DNA from: Carcharhinus longimanus
Lineage: Eukaryota
Direction: 5' to 3'
NCBI GenBank assembly: GCA_030264375.1
Contig: JASCQW010000061.1
Span: 118,583,046-118,647,045 of the forward strand
Length of the DNA stretch: 64,000 bases
In this document: piece after piece, positions 63,744-64,000 of the stretch
Numbering within the stretch: position 1 is the first letter of the stretch
Layout of the letters: every line of letters starts with the position of its first letter
The notes under the pieces: model-generated
What the model was told of the DNA's origin: nothing
Seen by the model: the letters and a program-made list of their open reading frames with translations, nothing else
Databases searched by the model: none
Made by a program: the position numbers and the translations under genes

Positions 63744-63930
63744 CTTGAAGTAAATTATAAGGGCACTGACTAGCACGCTAAGACTTTGTAAGAAATCTCC
63801 CACAACATGGATGAAAGCGGCTTGAATGCTGATATTTTGCTGATGGTTATGAACAGATTCTGCTGAATGCTCAACGTAAGTTGCGCTGTGGTTGTGACCG
63901 TGACCACCCTGATAAAGTACCAATCCCATT
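63744..63930 (-). CDS. SLC30A8: Zinc transporter ZnT8 exon (His-rich loop plus TM5; human exon 5 equivalent)
   Basis: MGLVLYQGGHGHNHSATYVEHSAESVHNHQQNISIQAAFIHVVGDFLQSLSVLVSALIIYFK, with the TM5 HxxxD motif. CAG acceptor and AAG|GTCAGT donor. Adjacency to MED30 favours SLC30A8 over SLC30A2/3. Confidence 0.93.
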
Positions 63931-64000
63931 CTGGAAAAGATAAGATTAAATTAGACGTGTTTGGCCTTTAGGTTTCATTAGGAAACTGTAAATGAATAGC

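Overview
Vertebrate genomic DNA, almost certainly a shark (V-SINE/HE1, Deu-SINE, CR1 and Penelope repertoire; elasmobranch call is inference), from a gapped draft assembly. Two minus-strand genes lie in the conserved order SLC30A8 then MED30. The last four coding exons of the zinc transporter ZnT8 (SLC30A8) span 63930-54524. Three coding exons of MED30 span 31191-6327; its last exon was not found and probably lies left of the window. A CpG island at about 39990-40700 is the probable MED30 promoter and is built as a ~33-bp tandem array of NRF1-type GCGCCTGCGC motifs. The rest is dense with transposable elements: CR1, L2, Tx1 and Rex LINEs, three SINE types, a solo LTR, a Harbinger transposase relic and GC-rich TIR elements. 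The most notable unannotated structures are Penelope-like element ends from three families carrying minimal hammerhead ribozyme motifs with stem covariation, the NRF1-motif array, two locally templated insertions, a 246-bp duplication flanking a CR1, and a CpG-rich but AT-rich intronic domain. TE family names come from recalled motifs, not database searches, and TE boundaries are approximate.
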